DNA of 64,000 bases from Dehalococcoidia bacterium (GCA_965197405.1 OZ240206.1:1608085-1672084); one strand, 5' to 3'; counted from the first letter of the stretch, positions 45,568-54,666 are shown. Notes: generated from the letters alone by a model not told the origin. Numbers and translations are program-made.

Positions 45568-45590
45568 TAGACTGCCCCCACGAAGGAGAC

Positions 45591-46454
45591 GTGTCGCCTG
45601 ATATGCGAGTCCTTCCCAAGATTGCAGACTTCCAGGGCGTCCGCGGCCGGCTTCACGGCACGCTGGGATTTGTGCCAACTATGGGCTACCTGCACGAGGG
45701 TCACTTAGCCCTGGTGCGCCGCGCGCGTGGGGAGAACGACGCGGTGGCCGCGAGCATATTCGTCAACCCGTCCCAGTTTGGCCCCGGCGAGGACTTCAGC
45801 GCCTACCCCAGGGATATGGACCGCGACCTGTCCCTTCTGGCCGCTGAAGGGGTGGACCTGGTCTTTACCCCGTCCCCGGAGGATGTGTACCCGCCGGGCT
45901 TCGATACCTGGGTCGAGGTCGGGGACATGGCCCGCCGCCTCGAGGGGGAGCATCGCCCCGGCCACTTCCGGGGTGTGGCTACGGTGGTCGCCAAGCTCTT
46001 CAACGTGGTGCGACCCGGCAGGGCCTACTTCGGCCAGAAGGACGGCCAGCAGGTGGCGGTGATAAGGAAGATGGTCTCCGACCTGGACATGGGCATAGAC
46101 ATAGTGGTGGTGCCCACGGTGCGGGAACCCGACGGCCTGGCCCTCAGCAGCCGCAACGTGTACCTGACCCCGGCGCAGCGGGAGGCGGCCCCCGTGATAT
46201 ACAGGGCGCTCTGCGAGGCCGGGAGGCTCTGGGAGGAGGGGGAGAGAGAGGGAGAGCGGCTGCGTCGCGGGGTGCGCCGTATCCTCGAACAGGAGCCCCT
46301 CGTCGAAAGGATTGACTACGTGAGCGTGGCCGACGCCTCCGGCCTGGTGGAGGCGTCGGGCGCTATTCGTCAGCCTGTGATGGTCTCCGTGGCGGTCCAC
46401 ATGGGCAGGACTCGCCTCATAGACAACATCATCCTAGGCTGCCTGCTGGGCTGA
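45591..46454 (+). CDS. panC: Pantoate--beta-alanine ligase
   Basis: GFVPTMGYLHEGHLALV, IFVNPSQFGP, RPGHFRGVATVV, FGQKDGQQ; start GTG 45591 or ATG 45603. Confidence 0.9.
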   Translation: MSPDMRVLPKIADFQGVRGRLHGTLGFVPTMGYLHEGHLALVRRARGENDAVAASIFVNPSQFGPGEDFSAYPRDMDRDLSLLAAEGVDLVFTPSPEDVYPPGFDTWVEVGDMARRLEGEHRPGHFRGVATVVAKLFNVVRPGRAYFGQKDGQQVAVIRKMVSDLDMGIDIVVVPTVREPDGLALSSRNVYLTPAQREAAPVIYRALCEAGRLWEEGEREGERLRRGVRRILEQEPLVERIDYVSVADASGLVEASGAIRQPVMVSVAVHMGRTRLIDNIILGCLLG

Positions 46455-46467
46455 TTGAATGCGCCCG

Positions 46468-47406
46468 CTACCTGCCTCTGCTGCCGGCCCCGGTGCTCCG
46501 CGTGGGGGTCGCAGGGGGCGTCCTGACAAACTGGGCCTTGAGCAGCAGCAGGGGTATCGTTATCGCCAATACCACAAGGGATACGAAATGCGCCTCGTTA
46601 AGCCCTATGGCCCATTCTCTGTCCATGGGCGGCAGCCCGGTCCGCAGGAAGCTGATGAAGAATTTCCCCAGGGAATAGATAGCCAGGTACAGGGCGAAGA
46701 CCATCCCCCGGGGCCTCAGACGGTCTCGCAGCGGCCATATAATCGCCAGAACGACGATGTCCAGGAGCATTTCATACACCACGGCGGGGTGGCTGGACCT
46801 GAGACCATGCACCGCGTTGCTGGGACTCTCCGGGTTGCTGTAGACAAATGCCCAGGGCAGGTTGGAGAGCTTTGCCACGTGCTCGCCGTTGATGATGTCG
46901 CCTATTCTGCCTATGGCCATGCCAATCAGGAGGGCGGGGGCGGCGATGTCGGCCGCGTGCCCCACCGAGGGCAGCGGGGCCTTCTCCAGCCTCCATGACT
47001 TGATCCTCCCGAACACACTGTTCCACCCGTCCAGAAACCGGCTGTGGTTCCTGACCATCACATAGGCTGCCCCGAACAGGAAACCTCCCAGGATGGCCCC
47101 GTATATGGCTATACCCCCGTTCCATATCTGCACTATCCTGACGGGGTCATACTTGTAGAAGTCGCCCCACAGGTCTATGACGTGCAACGCCCTGGCCCCG
47201 ATGATGCCTCCGATTACCCCCCAGACTGCCACGGAGTAGGCGGAGTCCGTGACAAGGCCCTCCTTCCTGGCCCATCTGACCGCCAGGTATACCGCTATGG
47301 CCACGGAGATGAAGGTGAGAAAGCCGTGCCAGGTGAGCACGAAGTTCCCTATGGTAGCCAAGTCGGGGTCAATGCCTATCCTTATACTCATAAAGGGTAT
47401 GCTCAT
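46468..47406 (-). CDS. lgt: Prolipoprotein diacylglyceryl transferase
   Basis: LTWHGFLTFISVAIAVY, GGIIGARALHV, IWNGGIAIYGAILGG, GRIGDIINGEH. Confidence 0.85.
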   Translation of the reverse strand: MSIPFMSIRIGIDPDLATIGNFVLTWHGFLTFISVAIAVYLAVRWARKEGLVTDSAYSVAVWGVIGGIIGARALHVIDLWGDFYKYDPVRIVQIWNGGIAIYGAILGGFLFGAAYVMVRNHSRFLDGWNSVFGRIKSWRLEKAPLPSVGHAADIAAPALLIGMAIGRIGDIINGEHVAKLSNLPWAFVYSNPESPSNAVHGLRSSHPAVVYEMLLDIVVLAIIWPLRDRLRPRGMVFALYLAIYSLGKFFISFLRTGLPPMDREWAIGLNEAHFVSLVVLAITIPLLLLKAQFVRTPPATPTRSTGAGSRGR

Positions 47407-47443
47407 GTTCGCAAGTCTCCTCCTGATTGGGTCATGGCCGGCC

Positions 47444-48328
47444 TCAGCCCGGGGATAGGGGCGCGTCCGGGGCTATAGTGCTTACACAGTACGCCCTGAA
47501 CCCCTTTCTTTTCAAGGACTCGGAGAGCCTTTCGCCCTCCTCCTTGCACGACACAAAGCTATACAGGGCAGGGCCGCTGCCCGATAGGCAGACTCTCTTT
47601 GCCCCCGCTTCCAGGAAGGCTTGCCTGGACTGGTCGAAGCCGTGAAAAGCTACGGGGGCCAGAGGTTCAAAGACGTTGAACAGAAGCTCCTGAGAGAACC
47701 CGCCACCCTCAAGGGTATCCATCAGGCCCCGCGTGTAGCCGCCGCCGGTGTAGCGCTCAGGGGTCATCATGGAGTATAGGCGCGCCGTCTTGCTGGCGAG
47801 GGGGTCGCCCGGCCCCGCATGTGGGAGCGCCGGGCATAGCAGCACGACCCAACTTTGGGATATGGGCGGCAGGTCCCTTATCACGTCGCCTCGCCCCTCG
47901 CCCAGGGCCGTGCCTCCCCTTAGAAAGAAGGGGACGTCGGCCCCCAGGGAAGCTCCGATAGATTGAAGGCGCGCGTCGTCCAGCCCCAGCTCCCAGAGGG
48001 AGTTGAGGGCCTTGAGGGTGGCGGCGGCGTCGCTGCTCCCACCGCCCAGGCCCATGCCGACGGGTATGTGCTTCCCCAGGAGTACCCTGGCCCCTTTGCC
48101 GCACCCGGTGGCCTTCCGCAGGGAGTCCCCGGCCTTCCATGCCAGGTTGTCCTCGACGCCCAGGACAGGCTCGGTGCATTCTATCTCCAACTCCGGTGCG
48201 AGGGTGAAATGGAGCGTGTCCGCCAGGTCTATTGTCTGGAGGACGGTCCTCACCTCATGATAGCCGTCGGAGCGGCGGCCCAGAACCTCCAGGGTCAGAT
48301 TTATCTTCGCATAGGCTTTGGTTTCCAC
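47444..48328 (-). CDS. ispE: 4-diphosphocytidyl-2-C-methyl-D-erythritol kinase
   Basis: (M)ETKAYAKINLTLEVLGRRSDGYHEV, IPVGMGLGGGSSDAAATL; GTG start 48328. Confidence 0.9.
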   Translation of the reverse strand: METKAYAKINLTLEVLGRRSDGYHEVRTVLQTIDLADTLHFTLAPELEIECTEPVLGVEDNLAWKAGDSLRKATGCGKGARVLLGKHIPVGMGLGGGSSDAAATLKALNSLWELGLDDARLQSIGASLGADVPFFLRGGTALGEGRGDVIRDLPPISQSWVVLLCPALPHAGPGDPLASKTARLYSMMTPERYTGGGYTRGLMDTLEGGGFSQELLFNVFEPLAPVAFHGFDQSRQAFLEAGAKRVCLSGSGPALYSFVSCKEEGERLSESLKRKGFRAYCVSTIAPDAPLSPG

Positions 48329-49190
48329 GGTCCCCTTTTCTCCCTCTCCAGGCCCGGTAAAGGCATCCCCACTCCTCCAGGCCCAGGGTCTCTGCCCGGC
48401 GCCTGGGGTCCAGGCCGACCGACGCCAGGAGGGAGCTTGCCTGGTCGGTGGAAACGCCTAGTCCCAGGCCCAGGGAGTTGCGGAGCTGCTTCCTGGGGGC
48501 GGAAAAGCCGGCCCTGACTATATCAAAGAACCCGTCCATGTCGTCCACCTCGACGGCCGGACGGGGGCGAAGGTCTATTCTGACCACGGCGGAAGTGACC
48601 TTGGGGGGTGGATAAAAGGCCCGGGACGGCACTTCACATATTATACTAGGTATGCCGTAAATCTGGATTCCCACCGCAAGGAGGCTCATCCTGCCCCCTT
48701 CCGCCACCATGCTCCTCGCCACCTCCGACTGCACCATGACCACCATCAGGGACGGCTTCGCGTCCGCCTCCAGGAAGCGCCGCATGATGGGGTTTGCGGC
48801 GTAGTAGGGCAGATTGGCGACCATTTTGTAGCGGGTCCCAGCGTCGAGGGCCTCGGCCAGGTCCACCTCCCGCGCATCTGCGTTAATCACCCGGAGGTTG
48901 GGAGGATTACCGAGGCTTCTGCCTAGAGAGGCCGCGAGGCGGTGGTCCATCTCAATGGCAATGACCCTCCCCGCTCTGCCGACCAGCCGGCGGGTGACTG
49001 CTCCCAGCCCGGGCCCCACCTCGACCACCGTATCCGTAGGCTCCAGCTCGGAGGCGGAGAGGATTTGCTGAAGGACGACCTCGTCCGTGAGGAAATGCTG
49101 CCCCAGGGCCTTCCGTGCCGGTACGCGCCGGGCGGCCTCCGGTCCCGGAAGGACCGCCGGTGAAGGGGCAATGCTTCGGGCCTTTTTCAT
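48255..49190 (-). CDS. rsmA: 16S rRNA (adenine1518/1519-N6)-dimethyltransferase
   Basis: ORF trimmed to ATG 49190 (MKKARS...). KALGQHFL, VVEVGPGLGAVT, NLPYY. The 3' tail overlaps ispE by 74 nt. Confidence 0.85.
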   Translation of the reverse strand: MKKARSIAPSPAVLPGPEAARRVPARKALGQHFLTDEVVLQQILSASELEPTDTVVEVGPGLGAVTRRLVGRAGRVIAIEMDHRLAASLGRSLGNPPNLRVINADAREVDLAEALDAGTRYKMVANLPYYAANPIMRRFLEADAKPSLMVVMVQSEVARSMVAEGGRMSLLAVGIQIYGIPSIICEVPSRAFYPPPKVTSAVVRIDLRPRPAVEVDDMDGFFDIVRAGFSAPRKQLRNSLGLGLGVSTDQASSLLASVGLDPRRRAETLGLEEWGCLYRAWRGRKGDRGNQSLCEDKSDPGGSGPPLRRLS

Positions 49191-49339
49191 GCGGGCGCTT
49201 TGAAAATCAACGTAAAATGGTACTGGATGGCATCGCCACAACCCCATGCCACAGGCTGCGGGGCGGCGCTGCTCGCACAGGAGGCCTGGGTGAAGGGGCA
49301 AAGTATGAGGCCGTGCGCCTCCCTTCGACAAAGACCCTT

Positions 49340-49578
49340 GAGCGTACCCTAGAGGACGACTCCAGCCAGGCGTCCCCCCGGCACCCGAAGGGTTCTGCTT
49401 ACCGTTGCTTCCTTCCGGACCTGGCGGGGTTCACAGACCTCCGTCGCGAGGGACCCAACCTTCGATACCATCCTCTGAGGACAGAGGCGCACAGGCCAAG
49501 CCTCAAAAGAGGCGTTCAACCCCGCTGTAGCGGATTGCGGGTACAGGGCACCGCTAGCTCCCCGTCTAGCACAGCCTC
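49340..49578 (-). ncRNA. ffs: Signal recognition particle RNA, long (Bacillus-type, Alu-domain-containing) form; ends approximate
   Basis: Minus strand contains the domain IV core CCAGGUCCGGAAGGAAGCAACGGUAAG...UUCG...GGUGCCGGGGGGACGCCUGG. It also has a 5' segment UGUGCUAGACGGGGAGCUAGCGGUGCCCUGUACCCGCAAUCCGCUACAGCGGGG closely resembling the B. subtilis scRNA Alu domain as I recall it. Confidence 0.8.
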
Positions 49579-49584
49579 ACCTCA

Positions 49585-49613
49585 ATGGTATGGCAGCTAG
49601 AGGGTCCTGTCAA
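49585..49613 (-). promoter_or_regulatory. Sigma-70 promoter candidate for the SRP RNA
   Basis: Minus strand TTGACA (49613-49608), 17-nt spacer, TACCAT (49590-49585). Confidence 0.5.
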
Positions 49614-49642
49614 TCATGCCGCTTCCCAGCTCCCGCAAAGAA

Positions 49643-49824
49643 CAGGGTCTTTCAATTCTCGACGCCAGGTGAATACAGGTCCCCGCCGCGTGTCATTCCG
49701 AGCGCAGCGAGGAATCTAAAATGCTTGAATAGCAGCACGCCTAAGAAGGCAAGGACATTAGACCCCTCGCTCCGCTCGGAGCCTGCCCCTGGCTTGAACA
49801 GGGGGTGACAATTGAAAGGCCCTG
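49643..49824. repeat. MITE family A copy (full length) with 10-bp target duplication
   Basis: CAGGGTCTTTCAATTCTCGACGCC ... GGTGACAATTGAAAGGCCCTG; flanks CCGCAAAGAA (49633-49642) and CCGCAAGGAA (49825-49834). Confidence 0.8.
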
Positions 49825-49892
49825 CCGCAAGGAATGCCTTCCTTGTCCCCTCCCAGCGGGGGTGATAGAATAGGGGCCGTGAGGAGTGGCGA

Positions 49893-50762
49893 ATGAAAGT
49901 CCGCAAAGCTGTCATCCCTGCCGCCGGGCTTGGCACCCGCTTCCTTCCCATCTCCAAGTCCGTCCCCAAGGAGCTGATGCCGCTCCTGGACAAGCCCATG
50001 ATCCAGTACGGCGTGGAGGAAGCCGTAGCAGCCGGCATCGAGCACATCATCATTGTCACGTCCCAGGGCAAAGAGGCGCTGGAACACTACTTTCGCCAGG
50101 ACCCCGAGTTGGAGCAGCTTCTACTGGATGGTGGCTCCGGGGAACTCCTGGAGAGGGTGCGGCGAGTCTCATCCCTGGCCCATGTGTCCTTCGTCAGGCA
50201 GGAGCGTCCCCTTGGCCTGGGCCACGCCGTCCTCACCGCGAAGGACCTGGTCGGGCATCAGCCTTTCGTCGTCCTTCTCCCCGACGACGTCATATGGCAC
50301 ACCGAGGGCGCGACCGGCCAGATGCTTGGCGTTTTCGAGGAGTACGACGCCAGCGTGGTGGCCGTGGAAGAGGTGCCCTACGAGGCGGTGAAAAGCTACG
50401 GAGTCGTCGCCTCCTCGCCCGTTGGCGAAAGGGTGCACAAAGTGAAGGGGATGGTGGAAAAGCCCGACCCCGAAGACGCCCCTTCTAATCTGGCTATCGT
50501 GGGTAGGTACGTCCTCACCCCGGAGATATTCTCGTGCCTTGAACGCACCACGCCGGGGGCCAGGGGAGAGGTCCAGCTCACCGACGGCATGGCGTTGCTG
50601 CTGGAGCGCCAGCCGGTATACGCCTACCAGTTTCTCGGCGCCCGCTACGACGGCGGAACACCCCTGGGACTTCTCAGGGCGTCGGTGGAGATAGGGCTGA
50701 AGCGAGAGGATACCAGGGCGCACGTATTGGAGAGTCTGAAGAGCATCGCTTCCATGCCATGA
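49893..50762 (+). CDS. galU: UTP--glucose-1-phosphate uridylyltransferase
   Basis: KAVIPAAGLGTRFLPISKSVPKELMPLLDKPMIQY, VLLPDD, VEKP. Confidence 0.9.
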   Translation: MKVRKAVIPAAGLGTRFLPISKSVPKELMPLLDKPMIQYGVEEAVAAGIEHIIIVTSQGKEALEHYFRQDPELEQLLLDGGSGELLERVRRVSSLAHVSFVRQERPLGLGHAVLTAKDLVGHQPFVVLLPDDVIWHTEGATGQMLGVFEEYDASVVAVEEVPYEAVKSYGVVASSPVGERVHKVKGMVEKPDPEDAPSNLAIVGRYVLTPEIFSCLERTTPGARGEVQLTDGMALLLERQPVYAYQFLGARYDGGTPLGLLRASVEIGLKREDTRAHVLESLKSIASMP

Positions 50763-50781
50763 ACCGCCTTCACGACGGTAG

Positions 50782-51000
50782 CAAGGTCCTTTGACTCTCG
50801 ACACTAGGTGAATACAGGCCCCCGCCTCGTGTCATTCCGAACACAGCCCTTCGACAAGCTCAGGATAAACTCCGGAGTGAGGAATCTAAAATGGTGCCTA
50901 ACAAAAACCCGAATCAAGGCAGTACAGCCCAGAACAAGACCGCAGTCAGCCAGGATTTTAGACCCCTCGCTTCGCTCGGGGTGACAGTTCAAAGACCTTG
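50782..51000. repeat. MITE family A copy (long variant)
   Basis: CAAGGTCCTTTGACTCTCGACAC ... GGGGTGACAGTTCAAAGACCTTG; shares an extra internal segment with the 54667 copy. Confidence 0.75.
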
Positions 51001-51074
51001 ACAGCGATGGAGACACGGAAGCTGAGCAGGTCGTCAATCACAGGCAGTATATTTTATGGTCAGGAGGAGCGCCA

Positions 51075-51569
51075 TTGACTACGCAGAGGGACTCTTTTCT
51101 CCAGGAAGTCCAGGGCATCCGCAGCGAGTTGGACCGCTTGCTGGAGGGGCTGGACTACAGCTTTGACTGGAAGCCCACCGATGAGGAGTGGTCGGCCCGG
51201 GAGATAGTCTATCATTTGGTGGATACGCCCTCCGACGGGATACATACAACCATCCAGGGGGTCCTGGGGGGAAGCGTACAGGAGATCCCCATAACCGCCG
51301 GCTTGACCAACCTGACCGACGAGCGCAGTGGAAAGGACCTGGCAGGTGCCAAGGGGGACCTGGAGGGCGTCCTTTCCGGCATGGAAAGGACCCTCAACTC
51401 TGCGACGGACGCCGACCTGACGGGAAAGAGCGCGGTCCTGCACTCCTTTATGCGCGGGACTAGGGAGGACTGGAGCGCGGAAAGGCTGGTAGCGGGCATA
51501 TTCGTCCGCCACTGGCGGGAGCACCTGGAACAGCTGGCGGCCCTGCGGGAGGCCCTGGGGCTGGAGTAG
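51075..51569 (+). CDS. DinB/YfiT-like metal-dependent family protein
   Basis: TTG start behind GGAGGAG; WSAREIVYHLVD ... FVRHWREHLEQL four-helix-bundle His motifs. Confidence 0.7.
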   Translation: MTTQRDSFLQEVQGIRSELDRLLEGLDYSFDWKPTDEEWSAREIVYHLVDTPSDGIHTTIQGVLGGSVQEIPITAGLTNLTDERSGKDLAGAKGDLEGVLSGMERTLNSATDADLTGKSAVLHSFMRGTREDWSAERLVAGIFVRHWREHLEQLAALREALGLE

Positions 51570-51609
51570 GGGGTGAAGTCCTGAGATTATCCCTTGGAGC
51601 GGATTGTCG

Positions 51610-52887
51610 CTAGTTCTCGTAAAATACCGCTTCAAGCTCTTCGATGCGTTCGTCAGACGTGAAGCGCCATGTCCCTATGTGACCTCGACGGAGGTCGCCG
51701 TTTTCGTCCCAATCCAGCGTGCTGGCAGCGCCATCGAAATCTATCTTCTGGCCTTCGGCAAGCAGGGACAGGCCATTGGCGACCCCCGCAGGAGTGCCCC
51801 CCACGGTTCTGCCGGGCGGGCCTGCGATTTCCCGCAGGTGGTCGCGGATTGCGGCTCCGCCGACACTACCCGCAGCCTGGGCCGCAAGAGCGAGGGCGAC
51901 AGCGGCATCGTAGGTCTCTTTGACGTAGGCGAGAACGGGCAGTTCGCCGTGCTCGGCAATGAAGGAGGCCTCCCAGTCGGCTGTTGCAGCGTTGCCGGGA
52001 GCGGACGCCCCGGCGGTCCCGTACATCCCTCCCAACTTTTCGCCGCCTATCTCTCGGACAAGGCTTACTCTCTTGGCCGCGTCGCCAAAGACGAACTGGC
52101 TGTAGATGCCCTCATCGAGAGTTTCTCGCACGATGGACAAAGCCTGACCCTCGAAAGCGATAAGGACCAACGCCTGTGCCCCCGCATTGGCGCTCTGAGC
52201 CAACTCCAAAAGGTAGCTCGTCTGGGCCGTATCAATGGAGACAACCCGAATCGTCCCATTCCAGGACTCTTCGAAGGCGGCGGCCAGTCCCCGGCCATAG
52301 GAGTCGTCCTGGTATATCAAGGCAACGTTATCGAAGCCGCGATCCCGGGTCACGCGTGCGAGGACCGGACCCTGGGCAGCATCGGAAAGCGCCGTCCGGA
52401 AGAAGTAGCCATTGTCCTCGACGCCGGTTAGCTGCGGAGAGGTGGCCGAGGGGCTGATTGTGGGGATACGAAGCATCCCCGACACGCTCTGTGCGATTGG
52501 CAATGCCGCCGAGCTGGCATTGGGGCCAACTATCGCATGGACACCCTCGACCTCTACGAGACGCCGGGCAGCATCCGTAGCAACAGACGGGTCTTGAGTA
52601 GCGTCCGCGGCGACGCTTTCCACAGGCATACCGAGTACGCCTCCTCCCTCGTTGATGTGCCGTATTGCCAGGTCGAAGGCCCTCTTTCTGTCCGCAGACG
52701 CCTCCGGAGACCCGGTGAAGTTGAGCAGCAGACCGATTTTCAGTGGGGTTGCGGTGGCCTGATCTTTTGGAGTGTCGGCGCAACCGGAGGCAATGACGAG
52801 CAGGCCAGTCACGGCCACCAGCAAGACTGCGCATAACCTGATTGCCTCATTTTTGACCTTGGGATTCCGTTTAGCTGTTGGCGACAT
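51610..52887 (-). CDS. ABC transporter substrate-binding lipoprotein, branched-chain amino acid (LivJ/K) type
   Basis: ORF trimmed to ATG 52887 (GGGAGGA SD); signal/lipobox LLVIASGCAD; LKIGLLLNFTG..., VHAIVGPNASSAA. Confidence 0.8.
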   Translation of the reverse strand: MSPTAKRNPKVKNEAIRLCAVLLVAVTGLLVIASGCADTPKDQATATPLKIGLLLNFTGSPEASADRKRAFDLAIRHINEGGGVLGMPVESVAADATQDPSVATDAARRLVEVEGVHAIVGPNASSAALPIAQSVSGMLRIPTISPSATSPQLTGVEDNGYFFRTALSDAAQGPVLARVTRDRGFDNVALIYQDDSYGRGLAAAFEESWNGTIRVVSIDTAQTSYLLELAQSANAGAQALVLIAFEGQALSIVRETLDEGIYSQFVFGDAAKRVSLVREIGGEKLGGMYGTAGASAPGNAATADWEASFIAEHGELPVLAYVKETYDAAVALALAAQAAGSVGGAAIRDHLREIAGPPGRTVGGTPAGVANGLSLLAEGQKIDFDGAASTLDWDENGDLRRGHIGTWRFTSDERIEELEAVFYEN

Positions 52888-53164
52888 GAACAACGTATCC
52901 TCCCGCCTCGGACCAACCCGGCCTGTCCCAATAGCTGCTGGGTATAGGGCGGTCTTCGCCGCCCCTATTCTACACCAGTACCAGCACCCGCAGGAAGCGC
53001 CGCATGGCGGGGCTTGTCTCCGTGCGCTTATCATGCCATACTCGTGCCATGACCAGTCTGCAAGCAGAGAGCCTAGCTAGCGCAGGGTGGCCCGGATGAG
53101 CCGGGCAAAGCCCCGTTCCCATGATGGTTCAGCCCCCTCGGAGTCCCAGCGCGGTGGAGGCAGC

Positions 53165-53953
53165 TTGACGGAAGCGGCGCCCATTCTGGAGGTCCGTGAC
53201 GTTGTGAAGGACTTTGGCGGGGTGCGCGCGGTGGACCACTGCTCCCTCCGGGTTATGCCAGGCTCCATCACCGGGCTTATCGGCCCCAACGGGGCGGGCA
53301 AGACGACCCTGTTCAACCTGGTGGCCGGTGCGATGTCCCCCACCGGCGGCCAAATCCTCTTCGGGGGCCGGCGCATCGAGGGGATGAATATGCACCAGAC
53401 CTTCGGGTTGGGCCTCATGCGCACCTTTCAGATTCCCAGGGAGATGAAGCGCATGACGGTGCTGGAGAACCTTATGCTGGTCCCTGCGCCACAGCTCGGC
53501 GAGAGCGTCTGGGCGTCGTGGCTGATGCCGTGGCGAGTCGCCCGGGAGGAGCGCCGCATCGAGGCCCAGGCGATGGAGGTGCTGGAGCTGGTCACTCTTT
53601 CCCACCTGGCCGACGAATACGCCGGCAACCTGTCCGGAGGTCAAAAGAAGCTGCTGGAGCTGGCCCGGACCCTGATGGCCGAGCCCAAGATGGTGCTGCT
53701 GGACGAACCGGGCGCCGGGGTCAACCGGACCCTGCTTCAGGGCATCTCCTCCAACATCCTTCTGGCCAGCGTCGAGCGCAACATCACCTTTGTAATCATC
53801 GAGCACGACATGAGGTTCATCATGTCTATGTGCGACCCCATTATCGTCATGGCCAACGGGGGCGTGATTGCTCAGGGGACCCCGACACAGGTGCAGCAAG
53901 ACCCGGAGGTGCTGGAAGCTTACTTGGGAGGTTCCGCCGGTGGGATTGCTTGA
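53165..53953 (+). CDS. livG: Branched-chain amino acid ABC transporter ATP-binding protein (LivG type)
   Basis: Start uncertain (TTG 53165 behind GGTGGAGG; GTG 53087 and ATG 53096 also open). GPNGAGKTT, LSGGQKKLLELAR, LLDEPGAG. Confidence 0.8.
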   Translation: MTEAAPILEVRDVVKDFGGVRAVDHCSLRVMPGSITGLIGPNGAGKTTLFNLVAGAMSPTGGQILFGGRRIEGMNMHQTFGLGLMRTFQIPREMKRMTVLENLMLVPAPQLGESVWASWLMPWRVAREERRIEAQAMEVLELVTLSHLADEYAGNLSGGQKKLLELARTLMAEPKMVLLDEPGAGVNRTLLQGISSNILLASVERNITFVIIEHDMRFIMSMCDPIIVMANGGVIAQGTPTQVQQDPEVLEAYLGGSAGGIA

Positions 53954-54662
53954 GGCATCCGGACTGCTTGAAGCATCCGATGTGGTGGCGGGGTACGGAC
54001 AGACGGAGATACTGCATAGCGTGTCCATAAGGGTGGGACCGGGGGAGATGGTCACAATCATCGGGCCCAACGGCTGCGGCAAGTCCACACTGATGAAGGC
54101 CATAGTCGGCCTGGTGCGGGTCCGGTCGGGGAGCGTCAAGTTCCAGGGCGCGGACATATCCGCCTACCCTCCCGAGCGGATTGTGCGGACTCGCCTGTGC
54201 TACGTTCCCCAGTCCAATAACGTGTTCCCCTCCCTGAGCATCCGGGAGAACCTGGAGATGGGCGCCTTTATCCGCAGAGACGACTACCAGGGGCGAATCG
54301 AGGAGATGTTCGGGCTGTTCCCGGACCTGGCGCGGCAGCCGGGTCGGAAGGCCGGGACCCTGTCCGGCGGGCAGCGCCAGATGCTGGCCATCGCCCGCGC
54401 AATGATGCTGGACCCCGTGCTGCTGCTGCTGGACGAGCCCTCGGCCGGCCTGTCTCCGGCGATGATGGGCACGGTGTTCGACCGGATTCGCGAGGTCAAC
54501 CAGGCCGGGGTTGCGCTGCTCCTGGTGGAGCAGAACGCCCGGGAGGCGCTGCAAATGTCGGACAGGGGCTACATCCTGGTCGCAGGAGAGAACCGCCTGG
54601 AGGACACCGGCAAGGACCTGCTGAGCAACCCGGAGGTAGCCAGCCTCTACCTGGGGGGATGA
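53940..54662 (+). CDS. livF: Branched-chain amino acid ABC transporter ATP-binding protein (LivF type)
   Basis: GTG 53940 behind GGGAGG, overlapping the livG end; GPNGCGKST, LSGGQRQMLAIARA, LLLDEPSAGL. Confidence 0.8.
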   Translation: MGLLEASGLLEASDVVAGYGQTEILHSVSIRVGPGEMVTIIGPNGCGKSTLMKAIVGLVRVRSGSVKFQGADISAYPPERIVRTRLCYVPQSNNVFPSLSIRENLEMGAFIRRDDYQGRIEEMFGLFPDLARQPGRKAGTLSGGQRQMLAIARAMMLDPVLLLLDEPSAGLSPAMMGTVFDRIREVNQAGVALLLVEQNAREALQMSDRGYILVAGENRLEDTGKDLLSNPEVASLYLGG

Positions 54663-54666
54663 GCGG

